Below are positions 60,256 through 64,000 of a DNA stretch of 64,000 nucleotides, in pieces. The notes under the pieces were generated by a model. That model was not told where the DNA came from and ran no database searches. It worked only from the letters and a program-made list of their open reading frames with translations. The DNA is taken from NCBI GenBank assembly GCA_965219445.1, contig CBDCNQ010000005.1, positions 768,001-832,000 of the forward strand. Direction: 5' to 3'. Each line of letters starts with the position of its first letter. Within the stretch, counting starts at the first letter, position 1. The stretch is from Longimicrobiales bacterium (GTDB taxonomy: Bacteria > Gemmatimonadota > Gemmatimonadetes > Longimicrobiales > Gaopeijiaceae). Made by a program: the position numbers and the translations under genes.

Positions 60256-61514
60256 GCCAGCCCCTTCTCGCCCGCCGGCGGGCCGAAGAGTTTCGAGCCC
60301 GAGACAAGGGCGGCGTGCCCGCAGAGGTTCTCGCGAAGGCGGATGCCATCGTGGAGCGAGTGCGCTCCGGCGGTGAAGAGGCGCTTAAAACATACGCCAT
60401 TCGCTTCGAGGACTGTGCGCCGGACGACCCCCTCTACCTGACTGGGGAGGCTCTGAAGAGTCGATTGGATGCGCTCCCCGGAGACGAGCGAAACCGCCTC
60501 GAGCGCATCGCCGATCGCATTCGGGCGTTCGCCCTGTCGCAGCGCCGTGCACTCGCTCCCGTCGACAGGACCGTGCCCGGTGGGCGAGCCGGCCACCGTA
60601 TCGATCCAGTCCATGCCGCGGGGTGTTACGCACCCGGCGGCCGCTATCCCCTTCCCTCCTCACTGCTCATGACGGTGGTTACCGCACGCGCGGCGGGTGT
60701 CGAATCCGTGTGGGTCGCGAGCCCACGCCCAGCCCCGATCACCCTGGCGGCCGCCGCAGTCGCGGGTGCCGACGGAGTCCTGGCCGCCGGCGGGGCGCAC
60801 GCGATCGCGGCCCTCGCGTTCGGCGTCGGCCCCATCCCCCCGAGCGACGTCGTGGTAGGCCCCGGGAATCTGTACGTGACGGCCGCGAAGCAACTCCTCG
60901 CCGGACGGGTCCAGATCGATATGCTCGCCGGTCCTTCGGAGCTGGTGGTCGTCGCGGACGCCGCGGCCGACCCGGCTTGGGTCGCGTCGGATCTGCTGGC
61001 ACAAGCGGAGCATGACCCCGATGCGGTGCCGATCCTCATCTCGCTCGACGCCGAGTTACCCTCTCTGGTCGAGCGAGAGCTCAAGCGCCAACTCGAGGAT
61101 CTTCCCACGGCGTCCACGGCGAAGGCGGCGCTCGCAAACGGAGGCGTCATCGTGTGCGAAACCGAGGAGGACGCCTGCCTGGCCTGTGACGACATCGCAC
61201 CCGAGCATCTCCAAATCTCGGTGTCGAACGCCGAAGCCTGGCCGGATCGACTCCGTCACTACGGCGCCCTCTTCATCGGCGAGCGCGCAGCGGAAGTGTT
61301 CGGCGACTATGGCGTGGGGCCCAACCATGTCCTTCCCACCGGCGGTACCGCCAGAGCGCGGGGCGGGCTCTCCGTCATGGACTTTCTCCGGGTGCGCACC
61401 TGGATCCAGGCCTATTCGGATCTCGATCCGGACTTGATCGAGGACGTGGCATGGTTCGCCCGGCAAGAGGGTCTCGAGGCTCACGCCAGGGCGGCGGAGA
61501 TCAGGCGACGGTGA
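60252..61514 (+). CDS. hisD: Histidinol dehydrogenase
   Basis: GCYAPGGRYPLPSS, VVGPGNLYV, DMLAGPSE, DLLAQAEHD, APEHL, GDYGVGPNHVLPT, EGLEAHA. Confidence 0.96.
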   Translation: MSQPLLARRRAEEFRARDKGGVPAEVLAKADAIVERVRSGGEEALKTYAIRFEDCAPDDPLYLTGEALKSRLDALPGDERNRLERIADRIRAFALSQRRALAPVDRTVPGGRAGHRIDPVHAAGCYAPGGRYPLPSSLLMTVVTARAAGVESVWVASPRPAPITLAAAAVAGADGVLAAGGAHAIAALAFGVGPIPPSDVVVGPGNLYVTAAKQLLAGRVQIDMLAGPSELVVVADAAADPAWVASDLLAQAEHDPDAVPILISLDAELPSLVERELKRQLEDLPTASTAKAALANGGVIVCETEEDACLACDDIAPEHLQISVSNAEAWPDRLRHYGALFIGERAAEVFGDYGVGPNHVLPTGGTARARGGLSVMDFLRVRTWIQAYSDLDPDLIEDVAWFARQEGLEAHARAAEIRRR

Positions 61515-61580
61515 TAGAGCGATGATGCCCACCGGTTAGGGTGATCGCTCACTGCGCTCACTCTAACCGGGAGTTCTACG

Positions 61581-61769
61581 ATGACTACTCTGACGCCGGC
61601 CGCGATGCGGACGCTCCACGGGTTGGCGATCCCAAGACCGAGAAGAGGCGCATACTGTGGGCTGGTGGTGGGCGCCTTCTTGGGCTTCGCCTTTACCGGG
61701 CAGCTCGTCGCCGCCGCGGCCGTCTACACGTTCACACCAGTCACGTGTCTCTTCGACTTCGCGCTGTAA
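61581..61769 (+). CDS. Small bacteriocin/RiPP-like precursor peptide A (62 aa)
   Basis: GGGAG RBS; leader MTTLTPAAMRTLHG; hydrophobic 48-aa core with Cys12 and Cys42. Confidence 0.7.
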   Translation: MTTLTPAAMRTLHGLAIPRPRRGAYCGLVVGAFLGFAFTGQLVAAAAVYTFTPVTCLFDFAL

Positions 61770-61817
61770 CGCCCCGAACGGACACCGCCATTCACCTCAG
61801 CCATGAGGATCAGATCC

Positions 61818-62009
61818 ATGCGGGAGCTTACGGTACGTCAAATGTCCGACACGGAGGGTGGGATAGGTTTCAGAGGCTTCTTCAGCGGGTTTCTTTGCGG
61901 GGCGTATGTGGCCGCTGCGTTCGCGGTCACACCGACCACCAGCGTGCTCACACGGTGGACCATCTATAGCGGAGCGATAGCGGCCTGCGGAAACGCGTTT
62001 GCCGTTTAG
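61818..62009 (+). CDS. Small bacteriocin/RiPP-like precursor peptide B with double-glycine leader (63 aa)
   Basis: GAGGA RBS; leader MRELTVRQMSDTEGG; hydrophobic 48-aa core with Cys12 and Cys42. Confidence 0.75.
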   Translation: MRELTVRQMSDTEGGIGFRGFFSGFLCGAYVAAAFAVTPTTSVLTRWTIYSGAIAACGNAFAV

Positions 62010-62147
62010 CCCGTTGGGGTCGGGCGTAGCAGCCTGTTTCTGGTCGCGGAGGTCAAGCTTCGCATCGCATGGCGCGAATTCGCCCACACCGTACGCACAA
62101 CGATCGAAGGCAAGTTCGCCGTCGTAACGATTGTCGCTGCTCCCTTC

Positions 62148-63644
62148 TTGATGAAGAGCCTGTTGGTCTCGAGTGCCCTCCGGCAGGCCAGCATGAGCGA
62201 GGACGCCGGGTGGGTCGTCCTGTGGACTGCCCACCTCTTCATGATTCTGGCACTCGTCCTGTTCGTCGCCGCCCGGACGGCGCGCTCCCTCATCGTGGAC
62301 CGACGCAACGACGCGCTCGCCCATTACCCCTACGCGAGGCAGGGTCTAGCGGCCTTCCATCTCTGGGGGGAGATGGTGACCGCGACGACCCTCATGCTCC
62401 TGGCTCTCTTCTATTTGTTCTACGGTCCTCTGGTGAGCAGGCTAGCGGCACACCCCGTCGTGGGCACGCTCCTCCATTTGATCGGGCACGTCGTGGTTAC
62501 CCTCGCCTTAGGGGCCGTGGCGTACCGGCTCACACTCCGCGCGCTCGAGCGGCGACCGACATGGGGACGAAGGATTTTCCACATGACCTCGTTCCCAGGT
62601 GTTTTGGCCTTTGTCATGATTGCGGGGGGCCCCCAGCTGCTGCTCGATTTCGCGCCGGATCGGATCGATGAGCTCCGATCGATCTTCGAGAGCGCCGGGC
62701 CATTCTACGTCCCTGTCACAGCCATGGCCGCGTCGACGGCGCGGCCTGCATCTCTATTGGGCGGGTTGGTCGGGATCGGGGTGGCAGGAACGATCGCACT
62801 CGGCGCGGCGGCACCTCTCATTCAGACGCCGAGCCGTATCGTGCTCGGGGAAATCCAAGGCCTGGTGGACCGCCACTTCAAGAGCGTTTTCGGGGGCGGG
62901 AGGAGTCCGTCGGCCCACCGAGCTCTTCACGGCGCTCGAATATTCTTCTTGAAGGACGTCCTCCTCGGCCCGGTCCGTTCCCCTCAGGGGTTCATCAGGC
63001 GGCAGGGCGTCTTCCTCGGTACGGTCGGCTTGGCTTCGGCCCTCGCGTGGGGGCTCTTTGAGGAGGGCCTCATAGGGGAAGACTCAGCCGAGGCCCTTGT
63101 CCTGGGTCTGGTGGTCCTCCTGGTCTGTGCGGCGGCGTATCTCCGAGGACTCGGCTCCCTGGGATCGGAGGGCCCCGCGTTGGCTTTGCTTCGCCCCGTC
63201 CTGCGGCCCTCTGATCTACTGGGCTACAAAACGGTCGCCGTGTTGGCTTCCGTCGTGCCCGCTGGACTCGTGTATGGCGCCACCGCCGGGGCGCTGTCTC
63301 AAGCCCTGGACATGCGCCCCGGTCCCGCGGCCGCGGCAGGAATCGGGGGTCTCACAGCCGCGCTTGCGGCCGCATCCGCGGTCTCATTGGCCTTTCTCTT
63401 CCCGGACTTCGAGCGGCGGAACGTTCTAGTGCCCGGGGCCTCGCGAATGGGGAGATACACCTTCACTTCGGTCTCACTTTACGGTGCCGGAGTCGTCGCG
63501 GGTCTTCGGTGGATGACACGATCGGGGATGCTTCCGTCCAGCGCGTTCACCCCGACCCTCATGACGACGGCCGGCGTCGGGATGGCCTTGACGGGGCTCG
63601 TGATGATGCTGGCTCTTCGCCGATTCCCTCGCCTGGAGTGCTGA
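62148..63644 (+). CDS. Putative ABC exporter permease (multi-TM); true start probably further upstream (frame open from 62010)
   Basis: About 12 TM helices; FFLKDV, SLGSEGPALALLR..P..LLGYK, FPDFE motifs; adjacent to an ABC ATPase. Confidence 0.75.
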   Translation: MMKSLLVSSALRQASMSEDAGWVVLWTAHLFMILALVLFVAARTARSLIVDRRNDALAHYPYARQGLAAFHLWGEMVTATTLMLLALFYLFYGPLVSRLAAHPVVGTLLHLIGHVVVTLALGAVAYRLTLRALERRPTWGRRIFHMTSFPGVLAFVMIAGGPQLLLDFAPDRIDELRSIFESAGPFYVPVTAMAASTARPASLLGGLVGIGVAGTIALGAAAPLIQTPSRIVLGEIQGLVDRHFKSVFGGGRSPSAHRALHGARIFFLKDVLLGPVRSPQGFIRRQGVFLGTVGLASALAWGLFEEGLIGEDSAEALVLGLVVLLVCAAAYLRGLGSLGSEGPALALLRPVLRPSDLLGYKTVAVLASVVPAGLVYGATAGALSQALDMRPGPAAAAGIGGLTAALAAASAVSLAFLFPDFERRNVLVPGASRMGRYTFTSVSLYGAGVVAGLRWMTRSGMLPSSAFTPTLMTTAGVGMALTGLVMMLALRRFPRLEC

Positions 63645-63645
63645 A

Positions 63646-64000
63646 ATGAGCGAGATGCCTCATATCAGCCTGGACGCGCTCACCAAGCGCTTCGGAGCGA
63701 TCACCGCCGTTGCCGATCTGAGCCTGTCGCTCGAGGCGGGTCAGATCGTGGGCTTGCTCGGCCTCAATGGGGCCGGCAAGACCACGACCCTCCACACCAT
63801 CATGGGCCTGAAGACGCCCACGGCCGGTGACGTGCGCATCAACCGCGTGAGCGTGCAATCACCCGAGATCGCGTCGGTGAGGCGCCGAATCGGGTATCTG
63901 CCCGAACAACCGGTGTTGTACGACTATCTGACCGGCCGGGAGTTCGTCCAATTCCTGGGGCAGCTCTACGACGCCGCCCTGGACCTCGATGACTGGCTGA
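63646..64000 (+). CDS. ABC transporter ATP-binding protein (partial, runs off the window)
   Basis: Translated by hand: MSEMPHISLDALTKRFG..GLLGLNGAGKTT..IGYLPEQPVLYDYLTGREF. Confidence 0.93.
   Translation, partial: MSEMPHISLDALTKRFGAITAVADLSLSLEAGQIVGLLGLNGAGKTTTLHTIMGLKTPTAGDVRINRVSVQSPEIASVRRRIGYLPEQPVLYDYLTGREFVQFLGQLYDAALDLDDWL

Overview
GC-rich (roughly 65%) bacterial chromosomal segment. The gene repertoire suggests a Gemmatimonadota- or Acidobacteriota-like organism; this is inference only, since no marker gene is present. Left part: moxR-DUF58-bat-type operon end, K+ channel, ppk2, nadB, yajQ, two secreted GlcG/HbpS proteins, a P1 peptidase with a Na+/solute symporter, fdhD, and many secreted hydrolases and beta-propellers. 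Centre: a Tat-exported, selenocysteine-containing formate dehydrogenase operon (fdnGHI-fdhE), a vapBC toxin-antitoxin pair, a sulfite-oxidase-family Mo enzyme, and a TonB receptor with a PepSY-TM partner. 45.5-53 kb: a cluster of uncharacterised periplasmic and membrane families (three class II cytochromes c, two DUF6644-like, DUF6152-like proteins with a predicted N-terminal His-His, and a recurring partner family), with a second copy of the core pair at 28.8-30 kb. Right part: a compact his operon with three gene fusions, controlled by an apparently leaderless His-rich attenuator peptide; a second copy of this leader precedes an unknown membrane gene. The window ends with two paralogous double-glycine-leader-like peptide precursors with equal-length 48-aa two-Cys cores, next to an ABC exporter. 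Several single-base homopolymer indels suggest long-read assembly errors. Family names are from motif recognition and memory, not from database searches.
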